Below are positions 9,698 to 20,375 of a stretch of 64,000 nt of DNA, in pieces; the first letter of the stretch is position 1; each line of letters begins with the position of its first letter. The notes beneath the pieces are model-generated. The model was not told the origin of the DNA and searched no databases. It saw nothing but the letters and a program-made list of their open reading frames with translations. The position numbers were made by a program, and so were the translations under genes. The DNA comes from Chamaesiphon sp. (GTDB lineage Bacteria; Cyanobacteriota; Cyanobacteriia; Cyanobacteriales; Chamaesiphonaceae): positions 32,001 through 96,000 of the forward strand of contig CBDFFH010000036.1 in assembly GCA_965246715.1 (NCBI GenBank), given 5' to 3'.

Positions 9698-10012
9698 GTA
9701 GGGCGAGCAATGCCAACAGAACATTTAGAGCCGTAGCTAAAATAATTTAAACTGTTTGATTCGATTACCTATGATTCGCATAGCGAAAGAGCAATCTCTT
9801 CAACAATCGATCGATCTTAACCACTATAAATATCCATATTGCTAAGGCAATAATGGCTGGTGGGCAGTGCCCACCCTACCAATCTACTACGCGAACGAAA
9901 TAATCTCTACAATAATCGATCGCAAATCATATCGTAGGCAATCAATATTAACCACCTCAAATACTTATATTGATAAATCAATAATGATGTTTGCGGGTAG
10001 TGGCCATTCTAC
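9698..10012. repeat. REPIN-like unit plus a partial second copy
   Basis: GTAGGGCGAGCAATGCC...GGGCAGTGCCCACCCTAC (9698-9879), then a partial duplicate of the 8740 unit. Confidence 0.75.
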
Positions 10013-10106
10013 AAATTGAACTCTTTTCGTCTCTAGTTTTCCTGAGGAAACAAATAAAAATCAAACTTTTTAGAATAGATATCGATCGATTTAGAAAATA
10101 TCCAAT

Positions 10107-11384
10107 TTAAAAAATAAACCGCAATTGAAGATCGAGATCTGCTGCTTGAGGATCGATTTCGATCGTCCGAATAAATTCCCGAAAATAGAAACGGCGTTCC
10201 GATTCGGATAAATCCAGCCAAAATTGACGAATCGAGACAGCTTGAGCCAGAGATTGTAGATTTACAGGTGGGAATGCCGCTAACCGATCTTGCAGCTTAC
10301 TAATTTCTGTTTTGAGTTTATATGTTCGCAGTTCGACAGTTTCTAAGTCGAGAATGCCGGGTTTAATTAGTTTGGGTAACTGCGCGATCGCCTGTTGTTT
10401 ATCGACTATCTCCTGTGATATTTTTTGTTTGAATCCATCCATATTTGGCATCTCAACTTGACTTACTGCGGTTGGTAAATCCGTACAAATCCGATCGATC
10501 GTGGCATTCAATACGCGATCGTAAACGATCGATTTACACTTCGGTTGGCGATCGCAATGAGTAGGCCGTAAGTATACATATTTCTCGGTACGACGCGGTG
10601 CCGAAACAGTGGTAACAGTCAGATTTTGCCCACACTGTTGACAAGTAACTAACCCTGCTAGAGATCGTGGCGCGCTCGCCGTGCGCGGTGGTAACCGCCG
10701 ATTTCGCCGCAATAATCGATCGATCTGTGCTGCCTCATCCTGCGAGATAATCGCCGCATGAGTGTCCGAAATCACCTCACCGTTTAAATAAGCCGTATCG
10801 CCCCGATAGACGGCATTAGATAGCCATCTCAGCCCCGTAGAAGCCGAGATTTTTTTATTGTATTTCTTCTCTAAATATCTCACCGCACCTCGGAGCGAAC
10901 CATAAATAATAAAGCGATCGAAGAAATCTTTAACTACTGGCACAGAAGACTTATCGATCGTATATTTATCCTTACTCCGTCGATATCCATAAGGTGCTTT
11001 TCCAGGCGGCGGTAACGATTTCAGTCGATTGCGTGCGTGTCCTTGGCGCATTCGCCGACTGAGTTGGTTGGATTGAATTTTATCGATTAGTTGTAAGAGA
11101 TTTAATTGTGGTTCGATTTCGGTTTCGGTTGTAATTAACTCAACACCTAGCTCCTGCAATTTAACCAAAACTTGCCGAACTTCACCAACAGAATCACCCA
11201 ATTCATCCAATCGTCTAACTAATAAATAATTGATGCGATCTTCTAGACAACTTGCGAATAATCTCGTTAGTTCTTCCCGCTGCCCCAAATCTTGATACAC
11301 TCGATCGATCTCCCACCCCCAAATCTCAACAGCTGGTGGTTCTTCAATTAACGGATCTGTGTAGATATAAGCGACAATCTGCAT
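10107..11384 (-). CDS. large serine recombinase family protein (conserved cyanobacterial type)
   Basis: resolvase-like N-terminus, PPGKAPYGY, H.AIIS, CQQC zinc ribbon. Confidence 0.85.
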   Translation of the reverse strand: MQIVAYIYTDPLIEEPPAVEIWGWEIDRVYQDLGQREELTRLFASCLEDRINYLLVRRLDELGDSVGEVRQVLVKLQELGVELITTETEIEPQLNLLQLIDKIQSNQLSRRMRQGHARNRLKSLPPPGKAPYGYRRSKDKYTIDKSSVPVVKDFFDRFIIYGSLRGAVRYLEKKYNKKISASTGLRWLSNAVYRGDTAYLNGEVISDTHAAIISQDEAAQIDRLLRRNRRLPPRTASAPRSLAGLVTCQQCGQNLTVTTVSAPRRTEKYVYLRPTHCDRQPKCKSIVYDRVLNATIDRICTDLPTAVSQVEMPNMDGFKQKISQEIVDKQQAIAQLPKLIKPGILDLETVELRTYKLKTEISKLQDRLAAFPPVNLQSLAQAVSIRQFWLDLSESERRFYFREFIRTIEIDPQAADLDLQLRFIF

Positions 11385-11393
11385 GGGTGGGCT

Positions 11394-11502
11394 GGCGGTT
11401 GAAACCGCGCCGATACAAACAAAGTCCGCCTTCGCAGACTGAAGATTAGATTTTAACCCGCGTAGGCGGGTTTTGGTTCGCTAGCAGCGGTTTCAACCGC
11501 CA
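11394..11502. repeat. palindromic dispersed repeat (AAAGTCCGCCTTCGCGGACT family)
   Basis: GGCGGTTGAAACCGC...GCGGTTTCAACCGCC; related cores near 15195 and 18525. Confidence 0.65.
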
Positions 11503-11592
11503 CGCGATCGAATTCACTTTTCTTTAAAGTAAAATGCTAAAGCTAAACAAACAAGTGAATTTGAAGAGGTAATCATTAGCGGTAAGATATCC

Positions 11593-13007
11593 GGTTCTAC
11601 CGAACTTACTATGCTAAATCAAGGATTGAAATGCCATGCTAGCAAACTTCTGATCTGAAAATTCTCAAAATTTCTAAACCCATATCCCATTCTTTTTATT
11701 AGCTTGAGTTTATTGTTAATTCCTTCGACGACTCCTTGAGTTGTTCTATTATCAAAATAGGCAATTATTTCACCAATCCATCTTTTAATAGTTCCACAAC
11801 TCTTGGGGAATTTCCCACAAGCATTCTTGAGCCAGTCACACAAGCTTATTAGCCCATTTCCCCAATCTGTTTTTGATTCAAATATATCTCTAAATAACTC
11901 TTTTGTTTTGTGCATTGCTGCTAATTCTGGAAAAACGTCTCCAATCTCTTTCAACTTCTCTTTTTGCAATTCATTCAAATCCGCTTCGTTTTTGAGTATT
12001 GCATATTTACTGTGAGTTAATGCTGCTAATTTCTTGTTCTTTTCATCTTTGTTCTTCACCCTCTCAGCCTCTCTTTTGATTTTAATTCTCTCTCGATCTA
12101 ACTCTTCATTTATCTGTTTCATTACATGAAATCTGTCTCCAACCACTTCAGCATTTGGTATCAATTCATTTACCAGACTTTTGTATGATGAAAATAGATC
12201 GATACTTACTTCTGTAATTTGGTTCAAAACCTCCGAACCCCAAGACTTCAAGCACTCACCAATACATTCTTGAGTCCTTTTTGGTAAGATGGCTATTAAC
12301 TCTCTTTTTTCTAGATCTACTAACACCGCACAATAGTTTTTTTGCCCTTTAACAAAGGCAATTTCATCAATTCCTAGTCTGGTTAAATTCTCTGGCTTTT
12401 TTTGCACTAGATTTACCCCAGCTTTTTTGATTATTGTCTCCACTTCTTGCTCACTTAATCCATTTCTTTTGGCAACACTTTTAATATCACTAGCTAGACT
12501 CTCTTCGACAATCTTCTGCTTCATTCGCTCGGTGAAATGACTTCTCTTTTTGATGAAATTTAATTCCTCACTGAATTTTCGACCACAACTCATACACTTG
12601 AATTGACGACGATTAATTTTAAGGTAAACATCATGTTCACCGAATGGTAGATCTCTCACTGTTAATTGGTGATTCTCATGAAGTTTATTACTTTCAGTTC
12701 CACAATGAGGACACACTGCTTTTAATTGCTGATTTTCTAGATAAATAAAATAACCGATTTCATCTAAGATCTTATAAGCAGTGACGGTCATTCCGTCGAT
12801 ATTAAGAATTTCATTAATGGTTTTTAGTTGCGATTTGGATGACATAATGCAATTCAAGCTTATTTGTTGCCAGAAATCAAGATCTTACTATTCTATAATA
12901 AAATCTGTCATTTATGCTGCACCAAGCTTCCATAACTCAAAATTATCAATTTTGTCAATTAAACTTGATTCTTATCCACTACTTAGCATAGCAAGTTCGG
13001 TAGAGCC
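11593..13007 (-). mobile_element. ISL3-family insertion sequence
   Basis: IRs GGTTCTACCGAACTT / AAGTTCGGTAGAGCC; 8-bp TSD AGATATCC. Confidence 0.95.
11619..12857 (-). CDS. ISL3-family transposase
   Basis: CPHC zinc finger, GIDE, DRFH, EGINNKLKLIKR motifs. Confidence 0.95.
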   Translation of the reverse strand: MNCIMSSKSQLKTINEILNIDGMTVTAYKILDEIGYFIYLENQQLKAVCPHCGTESNKLHENHQLTVRDLPFGEHDVYLKINRRQFKCMSCGRKFSEELNFIKKRSHFTERMKQKIVEESLASDIKSVAKRNGLSEQEVETIIKKAGVNLVQKKPENLTRLGIDEIAFVKGQKNYCAVLVDLEKRELIAILPKRTQECIGECLKSWGSEVLNQITEVSIDLFSSYKSLVNELIPNAEVVGDRFHVMKQINEELDRERIKIKREAERVKNKDEKNKKLAALTHSKYAILKNEADLNELQKEKLKEIGDVFPELAAMHKTKELFRDIFESKTDWGNGLISLCDWLKNACGKFPKSCGTIKRWIGEIIAYFDNRTTQGVVEGINNKLKLIKRMGYGFRNFENFQIRSLLAWHFNP

Positions 13008-13135
13008 AGATATCCTTAATCAAAGCGGTATTGGCTTGAGGATAAAATGTACCTACTCCAATCAATAAAAATTCAGCCAGTAAAGATATCCCAAAAAAGA
13101 CAATCAACGTAACAGAAATTTTGGACATAAACGGC

Positions 13136-13921
13136 TCAATCTATTCCTAAATAGGCTTCAATTACCCGCTGGTCGTTTTGAACTTTAGTTGGCGTACCAT
13201 CGACGAGGTTGGTACCTTCTGCCAATACCCACACTCGATCGCATAAAGTCATAATCACATCCATATTATGCTCGATAATCAGGAATGTCATCCCCTCCTT
13301 GCGCCAGTTGAGAATGTGCCCGCAAATATCCTCGATCAGCCGTGGATTTACCCCCGCAGCGGGTTCGTCCAATAAGATTAACTGCGGATCTGCCATGAGC
13401 GCCCGACCGATTTCGAGTAGCTTGCGTTGTCCACCCGACAACCCGCCAGCATAATCATTTGCCTTGGTGCTCAAACCAACAGCAGTCAGGATCGACATCG
13501 CCTTTTCTTTCAACACTCGCTGTTGGATCTGCGTTTGTTTGGAATGCGTCCATACCTGCCAAAACTTCTCCCCTGTTTGATCCTTGGCTCCCAATAACAT
13601 ATTCTCCAAGACCGACATCCGCGATAGTGCTTTTGCCACTTGAAATGTCCGCACCATACCCAATCTGGCGATTTGATGCGGCTGGAGTCGATCGATATTT
13701 TGGCCGTTTAGTTGAATTTGCCCAGAATCTGGTCTAATAAAATTAGATAAAAGATTGAAAAAAGTCGTTTTCCCCGCTCCATTCGGGCCGATTAAACCCG
13801 TAATACTTCCAGCAGCAACTTCGATGCCAGCATGTTGTACTGCATTAACACCACCAAAAGTTTTACACAATCCCTGCGCTGAGAGTAAAGGTCGAACAGA
13901 CATCGGAATATAATTAGACAT
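13136..13921 (-). CDS. natA: neutral/branched-chain amino acid ABC transporter ATP-binding protein
   Basis: GPNGAGKTT, LSGGQ, LLDEPAAG, EAYLG. Confidence 0.85.
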   Translation of the reverse strand: MSNYIPMSVRPLLSAQGLCKTFGGVNAVQHAGIEVAAGSITGLIGPNGAGKTTFFNLLSNFIRPDSGQIQLNGQNIDRLQPHQIARLGMVRTFQVAKALSRMSVLENMLLGAKDQTGEKFWQVWTHSKQTQIQQRVLKEKAMSILTAVGLSTKANDYAGGLSGGQRKLLEIGRALMADPQLILLDEPAAGVNPRLIEDICGHILNWRKEGMTFLIIEHNMDVIMTLCDRVWVLAEGTNLVDGTPTKVQNDQRVIEAYLGID

Positions 13922-13977
13922 AAATTATTCGCTCGAATATTTAATATTTACTGTAAGGTTACTCTGCGGTATCGCGG

Positions 13978-15054
13978 CTATCTGCCCAAAGTTAATTCTT
14001 CTTTTTTACCTAAAATACCCTGCGGACGCAAGACCATTAGCAGCATCAAAATTAGCCCGATAATCATAATCCGAAAGGCTCCTTGCTGAGTATCGTCGAG
14101 ATGAAGAGCGCGAAAGAATGCTTTGAATATTTCGGTGCGGGTTAGTTCGTAATAGCCCCAGAAAATAATTGCCCCGATAATCGTCCCGAGATTATTACCA
14201 GAACCGCCTAACATTACGATAATCCAAGCATTGAAAGTAATTAATGGTTCAAAATTGTCGGGGAAAACACTAAATTGCCAAGCATAAAACGCCCCAGATA
14301 TTCCCGCGATCGCACCACCCAACATAAAAGCTTGTAACTTGTACCAAAAGACATTTTTACCCAACGCTCTGGGCACTTCTTCATCCTCTCGGATCGCTTT
14401 TAATACCCGTCCCCAGGGTGAATTTACCAATTGGTCTAAGCCGACATATACAACTGTTAAAGTAGTTAAAGTCAGTAGCATCAATCCCGCGCGCGGGTCG
14501 TAAGTATAGAGCGATAGCGCGCCACAAACATAGACAGTTAGCACGAAAATACTCGCTACCACACCACCCACAATCCCCAACATTTTTTCGACCCGCATCC
14601 ACAACCACAATCGCCAGAGTGCCAACCCACAAATTACCGTCAACCAGCCGATTAACAGTAGTCTGACAGGATAGTCCGGTTGGAAATTAAATGGAACTGG
14701 ATAGCCTTGTACGCCGAAAGTCCCCTTGGTCAGCCAAGCTTCATTTTTTGCCGCTAACCTGACTAATTCAGATACGCCGATAGTCACGATCCCTAAATAA
14801 TCCTCTCGCAATCTGAGGGTAGAAATACCAATTAGTAGTCCGAGGAACGCGGCTAAAATACCACCAACTAAAACGGCAACTGGAATCGGCACACCTTGCA
14901 TCGACAGTAACACGGTACTATAAGCCCCGATCGCCATGAAAGCCACATGACCGAAATTAATCAGTCCTGTCACTCCCCACTGGAGATTTAACCCCAAGCT
15001 AAACAGCGCATATGTAGCAGCAGAGATCGTCAGGAAGACAAAATAAATGACCAT
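13978..15054 (-). CDS. natC: neutral/branched-chain amino acid ABC transporter permease (LivM-like)
   Basis: LGLNLQWG.TGLINFGH, LRLREDYL, RPQGILG. Confidence 0.85.
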   Translation of the reverse strand: MVIYFVFLTISAATYALFSLGLNLQWGVTGLINFGHVAFMAIGAYSTVLLSMQGVPIPVAVLVGGILAAFLGLLIGISTLRLREDYLGIVTIGVSELVRLAAKNEAWLTKGTFGVQGYPVPFNFQPDYPVRLLLIGWLTVICGLALWRLWLWMRVEKMLGIVGGVVASIFVLTVYVCGALSLYTYDPRAGLMLLTLTTLTVVYVGLDQLVNSPWGRVLKAIREDEEVPRALGKNVFWYKLQAFMLGGAIAGISGAFYAWQFSVFPDNFEPLITFNAWIIVMLGGSGNNLGTIIGAIIFWGYYELTRTEIFKAFFRALHLDDTQQGAFRIMIIGLILMLLMVLRPQGILGKKEELTLGR

Positions 15055-15124
15055 CGGGGAAATTATGAATTACGAGTTTTGGATGGTGTGCTATCCCAAC
15101 AGATAACGCATCCTAGTTTTAGCT

Positions 15125-15345
15125 AACGTCAGTTCAGGTTAAGATATTGGCTTCGTTCTAGCACCACCCGCGATTGAAATCGGGGCTAACGTTACAAAGT
15201 CCGCCTTCGCGGACTGAATTTCCCAGTCCGCGAAGCGAAAAGTGCTGCTGGGGCGCGAGCTGTTGGGGGGAAGCTTCCCCCCAAAACGTCGCTTAGGTTA
15301 GCTACTAAATCTAAATGACTCTCAGCTTACCCTTAACCGAGTGTT
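15125..15345. mobile_element. degenerate miniature element of the AACGT(G/C)AGTTC family with internal palindromes
   Basis: left end AACGTCAGTTCAGGTTAAG, degenerate right end CTTAACCGAGTGTT. Confidence 0.5.
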
Positions 15346-15365
15346 AGTACAACCAACTACCCTCC

Positions 15366-15391
15366 AAAAAAATCCCCTCTTGTGGAGGGGA
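15366..15391 (-). terminator. intrinsic terminator
   Basis: TCCCCTC-loop-GAGGGGA followed by a T-run on the minus strand, downstream of the DUF1997 gene. Confidence 0.65.
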
Positions 15392-15417
15392 CGAACACAC
15401 TAACGGGATGATTGGTT

Positions 15418-16065
15418 TTAACACTTAGGAATTTTCAATCCGAGATTCCCATGAAAATCCTGTTGAACTTTGTGAGTCAAACGGCGTGAGACTTGAGTGA
15501 CGATTTGCTTAAGTACATTGTCGCCCGTGCCTTGGATAAATTTCTTGGGTAGCTTGTGAATAAACTTAGGAAATTGAATCTGAACGCTCAAATCGAGATC
15601 CCACTCTACCTTTGTCCCCAATATCGCCCCATTTACGGTTTCTACTAAGCGCATTTGGGCATTGAAGCTCACTTCATAGCCAGGGGGGGTATAGTCGGGG
15701 ATATCGATCGTGCGGATGCGATAGATGCCGCTTTGTTGGGGCAATAATTCTAAGCCGACCTTTGGCTCGACAATATAACCACACGAATTAAACTTACCGA
15801 TCGTAATTGCATAACCATTCTGTCCGATCGCATTTACTTGCATCGGATGGGCACAGCGGGTAAACCAACCTTGATGCGCGTCCAAATATTTGCCGACAGT
15901 CTGGAGATCTGCACCCATTGGCATGGCATCGGTAAAGCGATAACTAAACACGAATGGCTGAGTCTGACTGGTATCTAGCGATTTCAAGTCTTGGGGTTGT
16001 ACTTCTGACTCCATCACAACAGAACTCGTTGTTATGCTACTTTTCTCTAATGTTTGTAATGTCAT
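15418..16065 (-). CDS. DUF1997 family protein
   Basis: YLDAHQGWFTRCAHPM and FPKFIHKLP motifs. Confidence 0.85.
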   Translation of the reverse strand: MTLQTLEKSSITTSSVVMESEVQPQDLKSLDTSQTQPFVFSYRFTDAMPMGADLQTVGKYLDAHQGWFTRCAHPMQVNAIGQNGYAITIGKFNSCGYIVEPKVGLELLPQQSGIYRIRTIDIPDYTPPGYEVSFNAQMRLVETVNGAILGTKVEWDLDLSVQIQFPKFIHKLPKKFIQGTGDNVLKQIVTQVSRRLTHKVQQDFHGNLGLKIPKC

Positions 16066-16298
16066 CTCCTGTCGATCCCGTTATTGTGCTGATTGTACGC
16101 GAACTCTTTCTAAATACAAGGTGCTAGCGTTAAAAACCGGAAACATTAACTAAAGTAACCGGATTGCCGTCAAAATGGTATAGTACACATCCGATTTAGG
16201 CGGCAAATTTTTGCCGACAAACACCCGATCGCTAGTTTCTGTCTTTAACATAAGTAATTAGAGAGCTAATCCTTAAACTGTATTGTAACTAAAACTTA

Positions 16299-16955
16299 AT
16301 GAAAGCATTTGTAGCAGGAGCGACAGGCGAGACTGGGCGGCGCATCGTCCAGGAATTAGTCCAACGTCAAATTCCAGTCCGGGCGCTAGTCCGCGATATC
16401 GCCACCGCACGAGCCATTTTACCAGCAGCGGTAGAACTCGTTCTCGGCGATGTCCTCGATCCGAGTAGTCTACCGACTGCGATTGGGGATAGTACGGTAA
16501 TTTTATGCGCTACGGGCGCTAAACCCAGTCTAGACCCCACTGGCCCTTATCAAGTGGATTACCAAGGCACAAAAAATCTGGTTGATGCTGCTAAAGCTAA
16601 GGACATCGAGCAGTTTGTGTTTGTTTCCTCTTTATGCGTATCGAAGTTTTTCCACCCGCTCAACCTGTTTTGGTTGATCTTGTACTGGAAACAACAAGCC
16701 GAATCTTATTTAAAAACTAGCGGTCTTAATTACACGATCGTGCGTCCTGGAGGATTGAAAAATGATGACAATCCCAATCCAGTGATTATGTCTGCGGCAG
16801 ATACCCTCTTTGATGGTAGTATACCCAGACAAAAGGTGGCTCAGGTGTGCGTCGAGTCACTAACTAGTCCCCAATCTCGAAATAAAGTACTCGAAGTCGT
16901 CAGCTCGCCAACAGCAGTCGCAAAAAGTTGGGAAGAGCTATTTGCGGCAGTGTAG
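16299..16955 (+). CDS. NAD(P)-binding SDR/NmrA-like oxidoreductase
   Basis: GATGETG Rossmann motif, TIVRPGGL. Confidence 0.9.
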   Translation: MKAFVAGATGETGRRIVQELVQRQIPVRALVRDIATARAILPAAVELVLGDVLDPSSLPTAIGDSTVILCATGAKPSLDPTGPYQVDYQGTKNLVDAAKAKDIEQFVFVSSLCVSKFFHPLNLFWLILYWKQQAESYLKTSGLNYTIVRPGGLKNDDNPNPVIMSAADTLFDGSIPRQKVAQVCVESLTSPQSRNKVLEVVSSPTAVAKSWEELFAAV

Positions 16956-17065
16956 TTATCTGGGGAATAGCCGATCGGGAAGAGAGGATAGTGTAAATTT
17001 GGATTACTGAGTTATTCGATCGATACTTATCCCTCAACCCCACTCCCTTATCCCTAGCCTCTCAA

Positions 17066-17728
17066 ATGCATAAACATTTGCATCAACATTTTAAGCCGAT
17101 CGCGATCGCCATCGGCGGAATCGCCTTACTCAGCTCGATCCTAATCTTCGGACACCCATCGCGGCGGCGTGCGCCAATTCCGACCTTTGAGACCGCCAAA
17201 ACACCACCATTGATGATGACAGGCGGCGACCCCTATCTTCGAGCGCTGATGCGGACGATATCATCGAGTGAATCAAACGATCGCCGACCCTATTCGGTAC
17301 TATATGGTGGGAGTCATGTTGAGGATCTGAGCTACCATCCCCAAAAGTGTATTCGGATCGTCAATGGGCCGAATATGAATAATTGCTCGACTGCAGCAGG
17401 ACGATATCAGATGATAAATACTACCTGGGCAGCGACTGCAAAAAAATATCATCCCCAACCCGATTGTTTATTATTTGTTTTTCAGTGTACTTATAGTTTT
17501 GAACCACAATATCAAGATGCAGTAGTTCATGCTTGGCTCAGTGACGAGAAAGCCTGGAATATGAATATTCCCCAGTTATTAAAAGCTGGCGAATTAGAGC
17601 AGGTACGACGGCGATTGTCGAGTACGTGGACGAGTTTGGGTTATGGCATCGAAACAAATACGATGACACCCAGACTAGCAAGAATTTATCAGCAGTTAGT
17701 TAAAGAGGAATTAGCTAAGCAAAGTTAG
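17066..17728 (+). CDS. lysozyme-like glycoside hydrolase (lambda-lysozyme/GH104-like)
   Basis: ISSSES, STAAGRYQ, WTSL motifs; N-terminal TM segment. Confidence 0.85.
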   Translation: MHKHLHQHFKPIAIAIGGIALLSSILIFGHPSRRRAPIPTFETAKTPPLMMTGGDPYLRALMRTISSSESNDRRPYSVLYGGSHVEDLSYHPQKCIRIVNGPNMNNCSTAAGRYQMINTTWAATAKKYHPQPDCLLFVFQCTYSFEPQYQDAVVHAWLSDEKAWNMNIPQLLKAGELEQVRRRLSSTWTSLGYGIETNTMTPRLARIYQQLVKEELAKQS

Positions 17729-17755
17729 TAAAGAGTCTCGATCGATCTTATCAAA

Positions 17756-18439
17756 ATGATTACTAATGCCGTATTGTTCGACCTCGATGGTACACTCACC
17801 GATCCCAAGCTAGGTATTGTTAAATCGATTCAATATGCTCTAACACAGCTCGGCCAGATCCCACGGGATCTTGACGAGCTGTTATGGTGTATCGGCCCAC
17901 CATTAAGCGATAGTTTTACTCGTCTCCTCGATACTACCGATCGAACCCACATAGAGCGAGTGATTCAGCTTTATCGCGATCGATTTGCCACAGTGGGATT
18001 GTTTGAAAATTTACTCTATCCAGAGATCCCTGAAGTTTTAAAAGAAATTCGAGCTGCTGGTTATCGAACTTATGTTGCCACATCCAAACCCCAAATCTAT
18101 GCGCATAAAATCATCGAGCATTTCGATTTAGCTGGATTATTCGATCGGGTTTATGGTAGCGAACTGGATGGTTCGTATAGTATTAAAGGCGAACTAATCG
18201 AAAAAATTTTACGATTAGAAGACCTCATGCCAACACGAACCCTAATGGTTGGAGATCGATCTTACGATTCGATCGGTGCTAAGCAAAATGGTCTTTATTC
18301 GATCGGCGTTACTTATGGTTACGGCTCTAAATTAGAGTTGCGTGAGTGCGGTACAGATGCGATCGTCGATCGACCCAAAGACATTCTAAAAATTCTGAGG
18401 GATCGAGAACGTCAAGTAAGTAACGTGAGTTCGGGTTGA
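17756..18439 (+). CDS. HAD-family hydrolase
   Basis: FDLDGTL, ATSKP, MVGDR.YD. Confidence 0.9.
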   Translation: MITNAVLFDLDGTLTDPKLGIVKSIQYALTQLGQIPRDLDELLWCIGPPLSDSFTRLLDTTDRTHIERVIQLYRDRFATVGLFENLLYPEIPEVLKEIRAAGYRTYVATSKPQIYAHKIIEHFDLAGLFDRVYGSELDGSYSIKGELIEKILRLEDLMPTRTLMVGDRSYDSIGAKQNGLYSIGVTYGYGSKLELRECGTDAIVDRPKDILKILRDRERQVSNVSSG

Positions 18440-18777
18440 CGGTATTCGCTTCGTTTGAGTAGCGCACTCGATTGAAATCGGTGCTACTAGTGCAAAGTCC
18501 GGTTGTTGCCGCGAGCGGCAAAAGCCTGCCTACGCGGACTGATCAGCTAGTCCGCGTAGGCGGACTTTGCATCATGAGCAGAGACTGAAGTCTCTAGGCG
18601 GCGTTGCTCATTTGAGGTATGAATTACCCTCGAAATCTGGGGTAGGGGCAATTCATGAATTGCCCCTACCCCAGACCCCCCAGATCTGGGTTTTGCCCCC
18701 ACCAGTAAAACTTGCAGCCCACAAATATATACCGCTTGCCGCTTCGCTTTGGACAAGTTTTATCCCGAACTGAGGTT
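18422..18777. mobile_element. miniature inverted-repeat element with nested palindromes
   Basis: TIRs AACGTGAGTTCGGG / CCCGAACTGAGGTT; flanked by AAGT. Confidence 0.75.
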
Positions 18778-18781
18778 AAGT

Positions 18782-19020
18782 AACGTGAGTTCGGGTTAAA
18801 GATGTCCATTTAATGACTTCTAGCTTCGTTTCTGAACCGCCCTCAAATGAATTAGTTGCTAATAGCAAAAGTTCTCTTCAGAGAATTGCCCAATTGATTA
18901 GTTCGTTTCAACGAACTTTTGCTATTAGCCCGTTGGCGTAGCCTTTCGGAACGAAACACTTATAGTTCAGGGCGGTGCTTGAACGGAGCAGATCGATTTT
19001 CCTTATCCCGAACTCACGTT
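18782..19020. mobile_element. second tandem miniature inverted-repeat element
   Basis: TIRs AACGTGAGTTCGGG / CCCGAACTCACGTT; flanked by AAGT. Confidence 0.75.
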
Positions 19021-19092
19021 AAGTAGGTAAAACTTTAAGAAAGCTAGATTACTATGAATTGTAACCTAAGCCCAATCTCCTTCGATTCAACC

Positions 19093-20142
19093 TTACCCGA
19101 TCGCAGCAGCAGCTTTTTGTAATGCTAATTTATCAGCAATTCTAATTGCTTCCAATCGATCGAGTTCGTTCCAAACTTCTTTGAGCATTGGTTCCAATCC
19201 CGTCCGAGTCGCCGACGAAATCAGAAATACTGGTTGCTTGGCTACTTTACTAAGTTCGGCAGCAATCTCCGCAATCTCTTCATCATCTACCGCATCGATC
19301 TTGCTCAAAGCGAGAATTTGCGGACGAATAGCCAAAGAGTCATTGTAAGCACTCAACTCCTGCTGAATCGTCCGATAGGCACCGATCGGGTCTTCCCCTG
19401 TTGCCTCGACGAGGTGCAATAATACTCGCGTGCGTTCGATATGTCGCAGGAAGTCATGCCCCAAACCCGCACCTTGAGACGCGCCCTCAATCAGCCCAGG
19501 AATATCAGCAAATAAAGTACCATCACCGCTAGGCTTCTTGACGACACCGAGATTGGGGACGAGCGTGGTAAATGGATAGTCGGCTACTTTCGGACGAGCG
19601 GCGGAGAGTGCGGAGATCAGCGTTGATTTACCCGCATTGGGCAAACCGATAATTCCGACTTCGGCTAATAATTTTAATTCCAGGCGAATCCGTTTTTGTT
19701 GCGGCGGTTGTCCTGGGAGTGCATAGTCAGGCGCGCGATTGCTATTGGTCAAAAAGTGTTGATTTCCTAAACCACCTTTACCACCAGATACGACTCGATA
19801 AGTCTGTCCGGGTTCGACCAAATCGACGATGAGTTCTTCTGTCTCAGTATCATAAATCATCGTACCGCAGGGCACTTCGACGGTGAGGTCTTCACCAGAT
19901 GCACCCGTACAACTATTCGAGCCGCCTTTGGTCCCGTTTTTCGCTTTAAATCGCCGGTTGTAACGAAAATCTAATAGGGTTTGGAGGTTTTCGACGGCGG
20001 TAAAGTAAATCGAGCCACCGCGTCCGCCATTACCGCCCGAAGGCCCCCCAGCGGGAACATATTTCTCGCGGCGAAATGTGACCATCCCATCTCCACCACT
20101 TCCGGATTCTACTTCTACTTCTGCGAGATCGATGAATTGCAT
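19093..20142 (-). CDS. obgE: GTPase ObgE/CgtA
   Basis: FRREKYVPAGGP, GLPNAGKST, DIPGLIEGA. Confidence 0.97.
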   Translation of the reverse strand: MQFIDLAEVEVESGSGGDGMVTFRREKYVPAGGPSGGNGGRGGSIYFTAVENLQTLLDFRYNRRFKAKNGTKGGSNSCTGASGEDLTVEVPCGTMIYDTETEELIVDLVEPGQTYRVVSGGKGGLGNQHFLTNSNRAPDYALPGQPPQQKRIRLELKLLAEVGIIGLPNAGKSTLISALSAARPKVADYPFTTLVPNLGVVKKPSGDGTLFADIPGLIEGASQGAGLGHDFLRHIERTRVLLHLVEATGEDPIGAYRTIQQELSAYNDSLAIRPQILALSKIDAVDDEEIAEIAAELSKVAKQPVFLISSATRTGLEPMLKEVWNELDRLEAIRIADKLALQKAAAAIG

Positions 20143-20375
20143 GGCTGGGGAGATGAGATACGAGCAAGGTTATACCATTATAGCGAGGAGGGCAGGTTTT
20201 GTTTGCAGCCGCTCGAAACCCGCAACCAAAACTTCCGCCGATCGATATTAAGCGTTGCTCGATACAAGTATGATTTGCTATTACTTCGATCGACTCCAGA
20301 GACAGCAATGTTCCCTCAATCCAAAATCCAAAATGGTATTACCTGTTGGGCTAGCACACCCTACAAAACTAAAAA

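Noticed and set aside
10107..11384. Serine recombinase as an excisase of a gene-interrupting element
   Set aside because: No split gene or att repeats found; it resembles the conserved chromosomal cyanobacterial type
17066..17728. Lysozyme as a prophage marker
   Set aside because: No holin or structural phage genes nearby; it sits among housekeeping genes
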